Assembly (NCBI RefSeq): GCF_009914755.1
Contig: NC_060931.1
Length of the DNA: 64,000 bases
Source: the human T2T-CHM13v2.0 reference genome, Homo sapiens
Strand: one strand, 5' to 3'
In this document: piece by piece, positions 42,210 to 56,589 of the stretch
Layout: the number at the start of each line of letters is the position of its first letter
Position numbering within the stretch: position 1 is the first letter of the stretch
Notes under the pieces: model-generated
The model's input: only the letters and a program-made list of their open reading frames with translations
The model's database searches: none
What the model was told of the DNA's origin: nothing
Made by a program: the position numbers and the translations under genes

Positions 42210-44377
42210 TTAATCTTTCTGGCCCCAGAGCTACTGTTCCCTGCAGGCTAAGGGCTGTGTACCATCACTCCTCCATCACACGTATACTCTTCAAGTGACA
42301 GTCAGGGAAGGCCTTCTCTGTGCAAGGCCCTGACTAGACATGGTGGTGGGTGGATACAGTGATTAATAAAAACAGATTTCTACTCTTATGTAGCTTTCAG
42401 CCTGCATATAAAAGAAGTAGTTGTTTTAACATAATATATTTTGCAACGGAGGTATTAATCCAATGTGCAATGAGAACAAGGTGAGAAAGAAAGAGGATTG
42501 CTGGGAACTCTAGATAGAGGCTTGCAGAAGGAACATTTCAGCAGTCCTTGAACATGGGAGAAAAGTCGGAAATGGCATAATAGGCAAAATGAAAAGGGTG
42601 GATAATTCCACATTTCAGGGGTAGACAGTGCGGTTAGTAGGTTGTTTTGGGAGGGGCTTGAAAAGTTGTGGCTGGAAGGTCTGGGGAAAAGGTGGAGAGA
42701 GGTCTTCAGGAAGCTTCCATTGTGTGTAGTCTTTAGTCTGTAGCACATGGAAAGGTGTCAACCAAAATTAAAGCTACTGAAGCAGAAATGATGTAATAAA
42801 GGTTTATTGGAAGCCACAGGTGAGAATCGATCTGGGAAAACACACCAACAAAGTTGGACATGTTCCAGAATCTGTTACAAGCCAGAAGGCTTTCATAAGA
42901 AAGTTTAGGAGAAGTGAAGGGGACTCCTCATATCAGAGTTGTCCTTTATCATTAAGAGGTACAATAAAAAGGTTCCAATCACTGACAACAGATTGCAACA
43001 CACAGGCTAAAATGCCTACGTGCAAGACAATCAGTAAAACTTCATGATTCAGAGGCAAATCAGCATCCTTTTCAATGTCAGTAGATCACACAGTAATCAG
43101 TACGTCAACAATTTGAAGAGCTCACAGTAAGATTGTTTACTTAGCGACAAGATGACACACAAGACTTCTTCCCCAGGTGACTTAATTTGGAAGTTTGCCA
43201 AATGTGACCTGTAGGGTATTATTTCCCTCTTTTGATTAAAAAAACAACAACAACTAACCATGGAAGCATTGATGATCAGTCTCTGCTTAGGTTAGAAGGG
43301 TAGACATCCTTCTTTCCTTCCTTGGCTCTGCGAAGGCTCATTCCCAAGAAGTCATGTCCCTGAGTGGGGAGAACAAACCTTATCATCGCATGTGGGCCAG
43401 GTTGCTAGCAACATGGGGTAGATCATGACACGAGGTTACATGCCAATCTCCTGAATAATGAATCAACCTCCAGTCTCTGGACGATCATTATTTTGGCCTT
43501 AACTGTGGAGGCATAGTTTACAAATTCTGGAGAATTCAGGTACAGAGAAAGGTAAATGTTTTAATTTTATTCACAAAAGTATACTTTACCTGATTGTTTT
43601 AAAATACAAATAGCTCCTTTATTTATAATTTTTAGAAATATGTTTTGCTATAGTATTGTTATTTTATTTGGAAATAAAGAATGAGTATTATTTAAATTGA
43701 ACATAACTTTAAGATTGAAAATTATGTAACAATTATTTATAAAAGTTTATCCCATTTATATTTACCTAATTTATTTATTTTTAACAGTTTACCTGGATTG
43801 CTCATGAAAACTGAGATATTGGACAAAGTTAGTCATTATTTCAAGTTACTTCCTTGTTAACCATTTTTATGGCCTGTGAATATCAGATGTTCACTTAAGG
43901 AAGGAGTTTAGGTTAAATATATGGGTATTTTGCTAATAACTCAGAAGATACAGCTTTTTTTCATTTAACCAACAAGATTAAATTAGTCTTACCCTTCAAA
44001 AAATTACACAAAAATCATTCTGGTTTTGGCTGGGCTTGTAGTTCTATAACCTTTGTGCCAAACCCTGACATTTAAAAATATCTAGCAGAGACAAATATAA
44101 AATTGTCTTCCAAGTATAATGAGGCAAAAGGGTATGCTGACAATCTTGAAGACATTTCTACTTTTATTTTATCAATAATTTAAAAACCAGCTTGTTTATT
44201 AAGGGTTTACTTAAGTCATGTGAACTTGGGAAATATTTGTGTTTACTAATTTATGAATGCTCATTTATTTATGTTGATTTGGTACCAGGTAGACATAACA
44301 TATAATACATCTAAGTAAGTGTAAACACATCTAAACATACACAAACACAAATAAAGATTGTACAGCTTTCATTTTAG

Positions 44378-44592
<215 letters not shown>

Positions 44593-45593
44593 ACAAACTC
44601 ACCAATTTATAAAAGACAGCTGGATCCAAGTTATATTTCTGACAAAATTGGGACCTATTCATATGGCTAAACTTTTTTTGCCCCTATGGGTAATCTAATG
44701 AAAGCTACAGACCAAAAGTTTGGGTAAAGCAGTTTCCATGTAAGTTTGATTTTTACAAACTTCTTTTACCATTTTTTATAAGTTTCAAATGAGTTCAATT
44801 TTCAATGTTTACATTTTACCTAAAAACTGACCAAATTGCATAACAAAGACAAAATCTCCAAGTAGTCTTGAAATAGTAACAAATCTATCTTTTGTTTGCT
44901 GATCTTGTTTGATTAGCAAATGCAGGTGGGGAAAAATTTTTAGCAGTTTCTCTCTTTTTTTGGGGAGGTGGCACTTTTTCCTTTCAGCCTTTGTAGCAGA
45001 AAAAGCAAAATTTTTGTGCTAGACACAGATAGATGATTGCTCTGAGCTCAAGATTCTGACTTATTAGACCTGAGGGCCTAACTTTTCTAAACATTTATCT
45101 TTTTCTTTTAGATTATTAATTGTTCAATTAAGCATTTCATTTTAATACGAGTGGCTGAATCTATTTTACCAATGCCAGTGGAAGATCGGGATCATAAATG
45201 GTCTGGCAAAGCTTACAATAAATCAATTGGTATCATTCATTAGTTTCAGTTTAGAAAAAAACTTGTTGGATCTGTATTTTTATCATCTCAGTAATTTCAT
45301 TCTCATGCTGTAGTCCTTTCATTTGCTCCTTTTGTTCCAAATTCATACATTTCCCTCTTTTGAGAGAGAAGGAAATGTGTGCATTGTGAAATTCCAAAAA
45401 TCTCTGCCTAAGAAATGTATGGGAGCTGAGGGAACAAGCAGAGAAGGATGAGGAATGAGGAGCAGTTGGAGGTGAAAGGGACAAAGTCTCTGAAGTCTTT
45501 TTCACGGCAGAGATAGTTGCGAATATCCTTTTGTTTACCTCTTGAATGGAGGCAATTTTTTCTTTCAAAATTTTTTATGGAAGCTTCTAGGTG

Positions 45594-45785
45594 CTATTGG
45601 AAGTAAGTCTTCCATTCAATTTGTCTAATTCTAAATCCAGCTTTTTCCAATTGTGTGCCCAAGTAAATCATTTTAGGCGTTTCAAAGGGTCCCCATTTTG
45701 GGTGTTGCTGCTTATGACCATGCCAAGTTAGGTGGATCCACTTATCTAAGCACTTGCAGGTAAAAGGACCAAAAGTATTGTGCAT
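45594..45785 (-). pseudogene. gag matrix-like relic of the provirus
   Basis: CKCLDKWIHLT...HPKWGPFE...YL...LEK resembles the class I retroviral MA WPxxGxF region and lies about 450 nt downstream of the PBS. Confidence 0.5.
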
Positions 45786-46225
45786 AAAACCAGCTGGTGT
45801 TGATTAGAGGCAGTGCACTGTCAGTCTCAGAAGACCTGCTTTCCATCGTGATTGTTTTGAGTGAGACCAGCTATGTAGTGGAGCAAAAGTGCCCCTCATG
45901 CCATCACTAAGGAAAAGTGCTTTCGCCCCAAACCTCCAGGGAAAAATTCACAGAGCTACTTTACCCTGCCCTAAAATTCAAACAAAAACCCTTACCTTGG
46001 ATTGGTAAGAGGGATACTCGTTCTGAGAAAGACATTGTATTTTCTAGCCAAGGAGAAAGCCAGCTTCAAAAAAATCACAACTTTGACCAAGACGGGAAGT
46101 TTGTTGATTTCAGGAAGAACTCATCTGTACCACCCAGCAGGGGCGTCCAAGCTCACAATGGGTTTGTTGCCAGGATCTGCATGAAGGCTGGAAGCTGTGC
46201 TGGATGGTCCATGGAGGTCACTCCA

Positions 46226-46244
46226 AAGCCTACTGGCTACACCA
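46226..46244 (-). promoter_or_regulatory. Primer-binding site, tRNA-Ser-like
   Basis: Minus strand TGGTGTAGCCAGTAGGCTT, 3 nt after the LTR-terminal CA. 14/19 match to the tRNA-Ser complement TGGCGTAGTCGGCAGGATT; two differences are CpG decay. Confidence 0.6.
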
Positions 46245-47084
46245 TAATGTTGACAGAAATTAAGGCTGAAATAACGTGATAAAAGGTGTATTGGAAGCCA
46301 AATGTGAGGATCAGCCCAGGAAGACACATCAACAAAGTCAGGAGTGTTCTAGAGTCTTTAACAAGTTGGAAGGCTTTTATAAGAAAGCTTAAGAGAAGGG
46401 AGGGGACTCCTCATATCTGAGTTGTCCTTTTCATTGGAGGGTATGATACAGGGCTTATAATCATTGGCTACGGATTGCAACATACAGGCTGAAATGTCTG
46501 TATGCAAGAAAATTAGTAAAACTTCTTGATTCAGAAACAGATCAGCATTTTTTCAATGTCAGTAAGTCATACAAATAATCAGCCACATCAACAATTTGAG
46601 GAACTCAAGGTAAGATACTTTACTCAGGGACAAGATGTCACCATGCATCACAAGACCTTCCCCCAGGTGGGTTAGAATTTTTGAGCTGGTTAGAATTTAA
46701 AGCCACCGTGCTTTAGGAAAATAACTGTAACCAATAAGAAAGGGGTTTGTAGAAGGTAAAGATTATAAACAAAACATCGACAGTGGCTGCTTCAAGTCCA
46801 GGTGAATGTGATGGAGGTCTTAAATTAAGGCAGTGGCTTTGAAGACACAGGAGAAGTTGGTTTAAGTTACATCACAGGAGTAGAATTGATAACACTTGGC
46901 TTCACTTTGTGTACAGGCAGATGGGATTAAACAATAGTCTATGTTGTCTGGGGTTTTTCGAGACTTGCTCATGGGTGGAGAGATGTCAAATTCAGAAACT
47001 GAAATGGGGAGAGAAACAGATTGTGAAGTAGAAAACCAAAGCCACTTTGAGGAATAAGCTACTGCAAGGTATATGCAGAGTTCA

Positions 47085-47320
47085 TTAACTAATAGTTGAT
47101 ATTTTGAGTGCTTACGGTGTGACTAAAGAATCCTAAACACTCTACATTCATTATCTTACTTAACCAAAATCCTTAGGAACTCTGTGAGCTTCAGTACTTT
47201 ATTATTATTTTAAAACTCAGAAAAAAGAGGTTAAAAAACCTTTTACTAAGTCACACAGCTGATAGCTGATAGTCCTGAGAGCTGAAGTCAGCTTTGTCTA
47301 GTTCCAAACTAAATTATTTC
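47085..47320 (-). mobile_element. MIR
   Basis: ttgagtgcttac...cattatctta...gaggttaa...aagtcacacagct. Confidence 0.7.
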
Positions 47321-48349
47321 TAGACTGCATACATAATCCAGCTGTAGCCTTGGTCGCTGCAGTTATAAGATAGGGCTGAGGCCGCCATTCCATTACTGAG
47401 AAGGAAGCCACCGCTTCAAACACTGTGTTCATATCTGTGAGTCCATCATTACATATCACGTGGTTACTCCTGGAGGCCACTACATTTGCCCTAAAATGAA
47501 GACTAGAGATGCAAAACATTGAGTCAGTTTAGCCTAATGCCAAAAAAAAAAAAAAAAAAAAGTGCTGACACAGCTGAGTCCTGGGGAACGATCTGTTTCA
47601 AGGTTAGAGAGAACCGAGCTGTAAACCATCTGGACGCTTTTTCGATGTGGCTATTTAATCATCTTTCCACTCTGCTCTATAGCATCTATGTTTTCAGGTT
47701 TTCTCTGACTCAGTAAATGCAGTGCTGGGAGCAGCACCCGAGTCTGTCTGATTCAAAATTAAATTGTTCTTAGGTGAATTCAGGGCCCAGAGGCAGGCTG
47801 TGGCCACTATCATTAACATTATCGCCAGGCCCAAGGGTTCTCTTTCTCATTGACCAGGAAGGGAGAATACAATCATCTATTTATGTTAAATTTGATGTGT
47901 GCACCCACAGAGTTGCACATAGCATCCTCCTGTAACAATCTTTTCAGTATTTGTCTTTTGTTGATCATTACTCATCTTGTATATTTAGGGTTTTTTTTCA
48001 TTATGAGTTTCATGAGGAGGTTGTATTCAAAAAAGCCTCTGGGTATATTTATGCTTTCTACCATTCATTTCCCTTCCATTACTTGACAAATTGGGGGCAT
48101 TCTATCATTTTATATCTCTTTTTTCCCTAACAACCACCTTTTCTTCTCTGCATTTATTATCACATATGTATTTATCTACTACAGGAAAAACAAACCAATC
48201 CTTTAGTTAGATATGTATCTCCTCAGAAACATGCCTAGAATTTTATATAAATGGGATCATCATACATGTAGACCAATATTTTTAAAGTCAGCATAATGTT
48301 ATTTAAACTTGTGTTATTGATATAACTGGTAGCCCCAGATAATGCAAAA

Positions 48350-50470
48350 GGTGAAATACTGTATATACCCATCTCTCTAGTAAGTATAAAAGTTATGAGC
48401 AAAATATTAACAAGTGGAGTTCAGCTGTGTACCAAAATCATAATATGCTAAAGTCAGGTTTAATGATTACAACAGCATTTAAATATCAGGAAATCAATCA
48501 ACAAAATTTATTAGAACTACAAAATGATAGAAAAATCCTTATGATTAAGTCACTAGGTGCTGAAAAAGGGATCTGATAAAGTTTATCAACAGCTCCTAAT
48601 AAAAATCCTTGCTAATGTAAGAATAAATAATTGCTTAAATATGCTAAAGGTTGTTTACCAAGAACCAACCATCAGTGAAAACCATTCTAAATGACAAACA
48701 ATAAAACCATTTCAATTATAGCCAGGTATCAGGCAAGAATACTCACCATCACCATTAATATTTAATATGTTCTTGAAGAAAGTGCAACCAAACCAAATGA
48801 TTCAAATAAGAACTAGAAAATAGAAGAAAAAAAGACAACTTTTTTCTCATAATAGAATTTTATTTCTGAAAAACCTAACATATATTAGTTTTAATATACA
48901 CCATGGAATACTATGCAGCCATAAAAAATGATGAGTTCATGTCCTTTGTAGGGACATGGATGAAGCTGGAAACCATCATTCCCAGCAAACTATTGCAAGG
49001 ACAAAAAACCAAACACCACATGTTCTCACTCATAGGTGGGAATTGAACAATGAGAACACTTGGACACAGGAAGGGGAACATCACACACCGGCGACTGTTG
49101 TGGGGTGGGGGAAGGGGGGACGGATAGCATTAGGAGATATACCTAATGCTAAATGACGAGTTAATGGCTGCAGCACACCAACATGGCACATGTATACATA
49201 TGTAACAAACCTGCATGTTGCGCACATGTACCCTAAAACTTAAAGTATAATAATAATAAAATAAAATTTAAAAAAATCCAAATGTCAAAAAAAACTAATA
49301 AGAACATATCTTAATATGGCTAAATACAAGAAATATATTATGAAATCAATAGCTTTTCTCTTCACCAATATAAATACCTTGAAGTGAAAATGGAGAAAAT
49401 ATTCCATTCACAATAAGAACAAAAATATAAAAAGACTTCAAATAAATCTGACATGAACTCCAGAAGATTGAACAAAGCAAACTATAAGATCTTGTTAGAA
49501 ATTTGAAAACATTAAAAAAATTGTATAATATTAAATAAGAAAACAATATTTAAAATGTTAATTATTTGAAAGTTGATATCAAACTTTAACACAATCCTAA
49601 TTAGAACTCTGAAACTGCTTTAGTGTAAACATTTTGCAAAATGATCTTGATTGTCATATATAAGAATAAACACCTTTGTGTAGCCATGAAGCATTTCAAA
49701 ATGCATAGTAATGTATACTCTTTTACCTGCAGTGAAAACACACAAGAACGACGTTATATTCAACTCAATGACAATAATAGCTAACGCTTTGAATACTTAT
49801 TACGTACCAGGTATTGTAATTACTTTATTAAATTTGTGTATCAATTATGAGGTAGGTACAAATATTATCTACACTTTACAGAGGCATAAAAAATTGAGAA
49901 ATTTTCAGCATCTCTCATAGTGAATGGTATAAACAGGATATGAATCACAGTCTGTCTGAATCCACAGTCCAAGCTTAAAACTATCAAATTTTCCATAGAA
50001 GTAGCAAAGAGAGTGCTGAAAAACTGGAGAATTTGAAAGAAGCTTCCAATATAAACAAGTATTTGACATGAGAAACACTAGGGATAGGGTGACACACTTA
50101 GAACACAGTGCTGGCATAACTAACTCTTCATCTACAAAGATGTAATGTAAGTCTCATTGTACAAATACACAAAATTACGTTCCAATTGGATTAAAGCCTT
50201 AAATGTTTTTAAAAGTCTATAATTTGGTTTCATAAAAAGAGAGAAATTTTTAATCAAAATAGGAAATCCTGAAGCTATAAAAGATAGCCATATTTAATTT
50301 GCCATATATGATTTTAAATTTTAATTTTAAGAAAGGCAAAATTAGTAGACAAACAATGGAAAATATTTACAATCCAGGTAACAAGTAAAAGGAGTATATC
50401 TACAACTGATAAGGAATTCTTCCAAATTGAGCACAAAAAGACAAATAAATAATAGAAAATGAACAAAAAT
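48350..50470 (+). mobile_element. Very old L1M ORF2 fragments with nested MIR (about 49770-49990)
   Basis: gcaaaatattaac; aaatcaatagcttttctc; ccaattggattaaag. Confidence 0.65.
48894..49275 (+). mobile_element. Young L1PA 3' end
   Basis: atatacaccatggaatactatgcagcc...ccctaaaacttaaagtataataat. Confidence 0.93.
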
Positions 50471-50658
50471 ATTTTAGAATTAGCTCAATCAAGCCTGAAA
50501 CCAAGGCCTGCTTTGTTTGGGAAATTGATACATAGAGCAAACGTTCAGGAATGTGTTAGATGTTTTTTGCATTCACTATTGGCACTTGGTGAGAAGGTAG
50601 ACCTGCAGCTCAAAATTTGTACAACTGCTACAGGATCCCTTGAATTTGTAACAGGGCC

Positions 50659-50862
50659 ACTCGTTCTGAGAAAGACATTGTATTTTCTAGCCAAGGAGAA
50701 AGCCAGCTTCAAAAAATCACAACTTCGACCAAGACGGGAAGTTTGTTGATTTCAGGGAGAACTCATCTGTAGCACCCATCGGGGGCATCCAAGCTTATCC
50801 ACCAGATAAGTGGAGCCACCTAACCTGGCATGGTCACAAGCAGCCAAGTCCAAAATGGAGAC
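50659..50862. repeat. Composite copy of two proviral segments (direct + inverted)
   Basis: 50659-50795 matches 46016-46153 (6 substitutions, 1 indel). 50804-50862 matches the reverse complement of 45689-45747 (51/59). Confidence 0.93.
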
Positions 50863-51554
50863 TGGGGTGGTCAGAAATGCCTGGAATCACACCTAACCAT
50901 GGCAGTGGTGAGTTTCTCAAAGAGAAAACAAATTCTCACTGTCTCCGGCAGCATCGTTAGCAATTGACCCTCCATCAAGGAATGTGACCCGGACTAATTT
51001 CTAAGTGTAAAAGTTGCATTCTTTGCTGGTTTCTTTTGGTGTTATTGCGTATCAGCCCCACTGTTGCCACTCTTGTAACAGCTGAGGATGTAATCATTCA
51101 TTTCTTCAGCAAACATCTAGGGAGCATCTCTATTATAACCCAGTCACCGTTAGGCACTGGGAATAGAACCGTGGCAAAACAAACTAAAATTTGCTTCTTG
51201 GCATCTGGTCCTGGCCATGAGACTATAAGAGGATTGGAATTACCCTCCTAACATAAACAACTATAAAATGGGATAAAATGTGGAGAGAAAAATCAGTTTT
51301 CATGTATTGGACAGCAGGCAGTGCACAGCTGTGATCCCCGAGAAAAGAAAAACAAATGAATGAACCATGCCATCCCGTGGGCTTTCTGCGTGAATGCTGT
51401 ACTGCAGCACGAAGGGGAAAAATTCAAGACCTGCAGTCTTGCCAAGTTAAGAAGACAGAAGTCAGAGTTCAAGAAAAGAAGATGGCTACAGTTTATGAGA
51501 TGGAGTACCCAAAAGGAGGAAACTAGAGAATACTCACAAAATCTATTTAAGTAA

Positions 51555-51868
51555 TTCCTTTTAATGGCAAAACCACAATTACTTTATTATTATTATTATA
51601 CTTTAAGTTCTGGGGTACATGTGCAGAATGTGTAGGTTTGTTATGTAGGTATACACGTGCCACAGTGGTTTGCTGCACCCATCAACCCGTCACCTACATT
51701 AGGGATTTCTCCTAATGCTATCCCTCCCTTTACCCCTCCACCCCCCCACAGGCCCCAGTATATGATGTTCCCCTCCCTGTGTCCATGTGTTCTCAATGTT
51801 GAACTCCCACTTATGAGTAAGAACATGTGGTGTTTGAAAAACCGCAGTTACTTTTGCACCAGCCTAAT
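51555..51868. mobile_element. Half MADE1 (mariner MITE) interrupted by an L1PA
   Basis: ttttaatggcaaaacc(a/g)ca(a/g)ttacttttgcaccagcctaa split by the L1. Confidence 0.85.
51586..51836 (-). mobile_element. 5'-truncated L1PA 3' end with 17-bp TSD
   Basis: TSD aaaacc(a/g)ca(a/g)ttacttt at 51569-51585 and 51838-51854. Confidence 0.92.
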
Positions 51869-52109
51869 ACATAGATTTCCCTTTGAGACCTCGGTTAATT
51901 ATTGACCTTTATATGTGAATAATGAAACACCAAAAGGCAGAACAAAATAAAACTCCAAGGAAATAACAATTACAGAACTCTGTTAGATGAAGTATTCCCA
52001 GAGCTCATATATTGTCAGGAATTATTTAAGTTTATTCCAACCATGAGACATTAAACAGAGACCCCAGGAAAGTAGTTTCTTAGGATGAGGTTCAATTAGC
52101 ACTCAAATA

Positions 52110-52454
52110 TAGTCATGTGTCACATAATGGCATCTTAGTCAACAATGGATGTAGGACATTGGTCCCCTAAGATTATAATATCATATTTTTATTGTATCTT
52201 TTTTATGTTTAGATATTTTTAGATATACAAAAATTACCGCTGTGTTACAACTCTCTACAGTTTTCAGTAGAGTAACATGCTGTACAGGCTTGGAGCCTTG
52301 GAGCAATAGGCTATGCCATATGGCCTAGGTGTGGAGTAGGCTGTACCATCTAGGTTCGTGTAAGTACTTTCTGTGATGTTTGCACAATGGCAGAATCGCC
52401 CAATGGTACATTTCTCAGAACATATCAGATATATTGTTAAGTGATGCATGACTA
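52110..52454. mobile_element. Tigger3a-like (TcMar-Tigger)
   Basis: TIRs (c)agtcatg...catgact; ggagcaataggcta; ctaggtgtggagtaggctgtaccatctaggtt. Confidence 0.85.
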
Positions 52455-53419
52455 ATGGCCACTATGGAATAACCCTTAAAACATCTTTTTTAAAAACCTT
52501 GAATAAGTCAGGTTAATCCACAAATAATTAATTGCCTGTCATAAAAAGTCCAATATTCTTTGAAGGAAAACAAAAAGTCCTAAATTCAACAAGAGAGAAT
52601 TAAAAATATCTAGTGTTAATTTAAAAATAAAACATGATATATGCAAAGGAGCAGGGAAATGTGACTCCTAATGAGGAGAAATATCAGTTGATAGAAACAG
52701 AACTCCTGATAACAAAGATAAGGGAATTAGCAGAAAAACACATGAAAACTGCTAAGATAAATGTATTCCAAATGCTCAAGGCTATAAGGAAAACCATGAA
52801 CATGATGATAAGAGAAATTAAAGATTATAAGACACCCAGATAAAATTTCCAGAGATTAAAAAAAAAAAAATTCTCTAGATGATCACCAGGTTAGATACCA
52901 CAGAAGAAAAAAAAAAAACCCCTAAATTGTAAGCAGTAGCAATAGAAAACTATTTAAAACCAAGAACAAAGAGAAACTTGAAAAAAAAAAAAGCCTGAAC
53001 AGCATGTCAATAAGCTGTTGGACAGTATAAAGTAGACTAATATACCTGTCATTAAAGTTCCAGAAAGTGAAGAGAGAAAAGAAGATAAAACAAACTTTTG
53101 AAGAAATAATGACTGAATTTCTTCCAAATTTGGTAAAGAACTCAATAAACTCCATAAAGAAAATAATAACAAAGAATATGATAATCAAGTTACTTAAGAT
53201 GAGTGACAAATAGAACATCTTAATGGCAGCCAAAGGAGCGAGACGTGTTTGGAAGAACAAACCTAAGAAAACAGCTGACTCTTCAACAGAGGTGCTGCGA
53301 GCCAGAGGACATTGGAATGAGATCATTTAAAGTGCTGGGAGGCATAAAACACTGTCAGTCTACAGTTCTACACACCACAGAAATATCTCTCAAAAATAAA
53401 CATTAAGAATTTGTATAGG

Positions 53420-53548
53420 CCCAGCTACTCAAGAGGCTGAGGCAGAAGGATCCCTTGAGCCTAGGAGTTTATGGCTGCAGTCAGCTATGATCACACCACT
53501 GCACCCCAGCCTGGGCAACAGAATGAGACCTTTTTCTCTTAAAAAAAA
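53420..53548 (+). mobile_element. Alu monomer fragment (J/FRAM-like)
   Basis: cccagctactc...cttgagcctaggagtt...gctatgatc...gggcaacagaatgagacc. Confidence 0.85.
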
Positions 53549-53657
53549 TAATATATATAGATATATATATAAAGATATATATATAAAGATATAGATATAT
53601 ATAAGATATATATAAAGATATAGACATATATAAACATATATATATAAAGATATATAT
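53549..53657. repeat. TA-rich minisatellite (ATATATAAAG-type units) grown from the Alu tail
   Basis: Directly visible. Confidence 0.9.
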
Positions 53658-54247
53658 TTTCAGAGAAAATCAGACAGTATTTATTGGCCATAAACCTATA
53701 CTATGAGAAACTTAAGGGAAGTTCTTTGGAGTAAGAAAAATTACACCAGATGAAAAGTTACATCTACATGACAGAAGGAGGTGTGCCAGGAATGATAAAT
53801 GTTGTCAACATATGGCCAGGTTTTGGGTGGAAATTTTTGTAGAATTAGTTAACTAGTTCTTTAAAATATCCTTCCTTTTCTCAAAGGGTCCTTTAAATAT
53901 AATAAAATATGTCCAGCTCCTCTGAATGTAATCTCACGTAAGACTTCTGTCTGAACCTTTGTCCTGCTCTAAACACTGACATGGAAAGTGAAAATATAAA
54001 CACATAAAACCTTTGGAACATGTTAGAACTTTCTTGGACAATAGTGGCAATAATAAATCTGATCTAATATAGGGTGGACTATAACTGACAGTTTAAAGGA
54101 CAGATTTCCTATATCATTATGCCTACAAGCTCCCCTTAATACTCCTGGAGGATTTTATATTTTGTTTAAAAGGAAAGATCCAATTATAAGCTATCTATGT
54201 TATCTAATTTTAATATAAAGACATAGATTAAAATTAAGTGAATTTTA

Positions 54248-54579
<332 letters not shown>

Positions 54580-56589
54580 CTAGTCAATGAAAATCTTGAA
54601 TGGCTATATTAATATTAGATAAAATAGACAACAAGGAATATTACCAGAAATAAGAAGAAATATTTCATAATGATAAAGGAGTAAGTTTATTAAGAAGACT
54701 TAAGAATCCTAAAGATGTATGCAGCTAGCATTGAGCTACAATATTTGAAGCAATAATTGGTTGAACCAAAAGAAGAAATAGACAAATCCATAATTTAAGT
54801 TGTAGATCCCAACAATCCTCTCTGAGTAATTGATAGACTATGTAAAAACATTTAATAAGGATACGGAAGTCTTGAAAACACTATTAACCAAGTCAACCGA
54901 ATTGACATGTGTGCATCACATCACTCATCAATAGAAAAATGCACATTCCTCTGAGTGCACGTGAAACATTCACCAGAGTAGACTATATGCTGGGCCATTA
55001 AACAAGTCTCAATATATTGCAAAGGATGGAAATTATACAAAGTATGTTCTTTAACAGAAACAAACTAGAAATCAATACCAGAAAAAATATCTGGAATGTA
55101 TCTTGATAATTGGAAATTGAACAACATATTTCTAAATAACAAATCAGCCAAAGAAGAAACTGAATGTATTTTAAGTGAATGAAAATAAAAGCAATAATAT
55201 CAAAATTTACGGTATGCAACAAAGCAATACTTAAAGGGGAATTTATATCTTTAACTGTTCATATTAGATCTCAGCTTTCACTTCAATAAACTAGGAAAAA
55301 AGATTTAAAACCCCAAGTACACAGAAGAATAGTTAGGAGCAGAAATCAACTACACAGAAAACAGAAAAATGTTAGAAAAAATGACCAGCTGTTTTTTGGA
55401 AAAGATCAATAAAATCAATCAAGAGCAAAGATAATGGAAAAAAAATCAGACACCAAGCAAACATATTAATAATTTGGACAATATAAATGAAACAGAAAAG
55501 TCCTTGAAAGACACAAAGTATTAGAGTTCACCAGTTAAGAAATAAGTAACCTGAATACCTGGATATTGGTGTAATAAATTGAATTCGTAGTTTAAAAGCC
55601 CCACATATTAAAACTCAAGGCCCAAATTGATTCACTTGATCAATTCTACCAAACATTTATGTAAGAAATAGTACCAATTCTGCACAAACTTATTAGACAA
55701 ATAGAAGAGGAGGAAGATATATTTCCAAAATTCATTTCTTAGGGCAGTATTACCCTGAAATAAAAACCAAACAAAGAAGTTAAAAGAAAATAAAACCACA
55801 GATGACATTCCCTCATGAACACAGATGCAAAAATCCTCAACAAAATATTAGCAAATTGAGTCCAACAATATATAAAAAGGGGTAATACATCACGGTCGAA
55901 TAGCTTATCCCAGCATGCAAGGTTGGTTTAACATTAGAAATCAAACAATGTAATTTACCATATTGACAGATTAAGACTAAAAAAGCAAAATAACATAATC
56001 ATCTCAATAAATGCAGAAAAAGCATTTGAGAAAATTAAACATACATTCATTATAAAAACTCTGAGCAAACTAGAAATAGACAGGAATATCTTCAACCTGA
56101 TAAAAGATATCTATTAAAAATACCATAAATATCATACTTAATGGAGAAGAATGAAGGCTTTCTCCTCAAGATTAGGGAAAAAAGCAAGGCTGTTCACTCT
56201 CACTACTTCTACTCAGCATTATACTAGCAGTTCTCTAGAGTGCAATAAGGCAACCAAAAGCAATAAAAAGTGTCTAGATAGAAAAGAAAGGAAATACCTA
56301 TATACACAGGAAATATGATTTTGTAGAAAATTCTAAGAAATATACAGAAAATATCTACCAGAACAAATAATTACATGTATCAATGCTACAGAAAATAAGG
56401 TCAGGATACCCAAATGAATTTTGCATATTAGCAATAATCAATTAAATATTTAAATTAAAATATACATGTACTTTTATATGTACAAAGCATCAATTATAGT
56501 ACATCCTTGGGAATAAATTTACAAAATATGGGCAAAATCTGTATTCTGAAAACTGCAAAACATTGCTGAGAGAAATTAAAGATTAAAAC

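Noticed and set aside
45917-46279. 120-aa ORF, and the peptide LVLRKTLYFLAKEKASFKK shared by ORFs 46002-46184 and 50459-50749
   Set aside because: Explained by the DNA-level duplication; antisense to a proviral leader, and the copies differ by a frameshifting indel.
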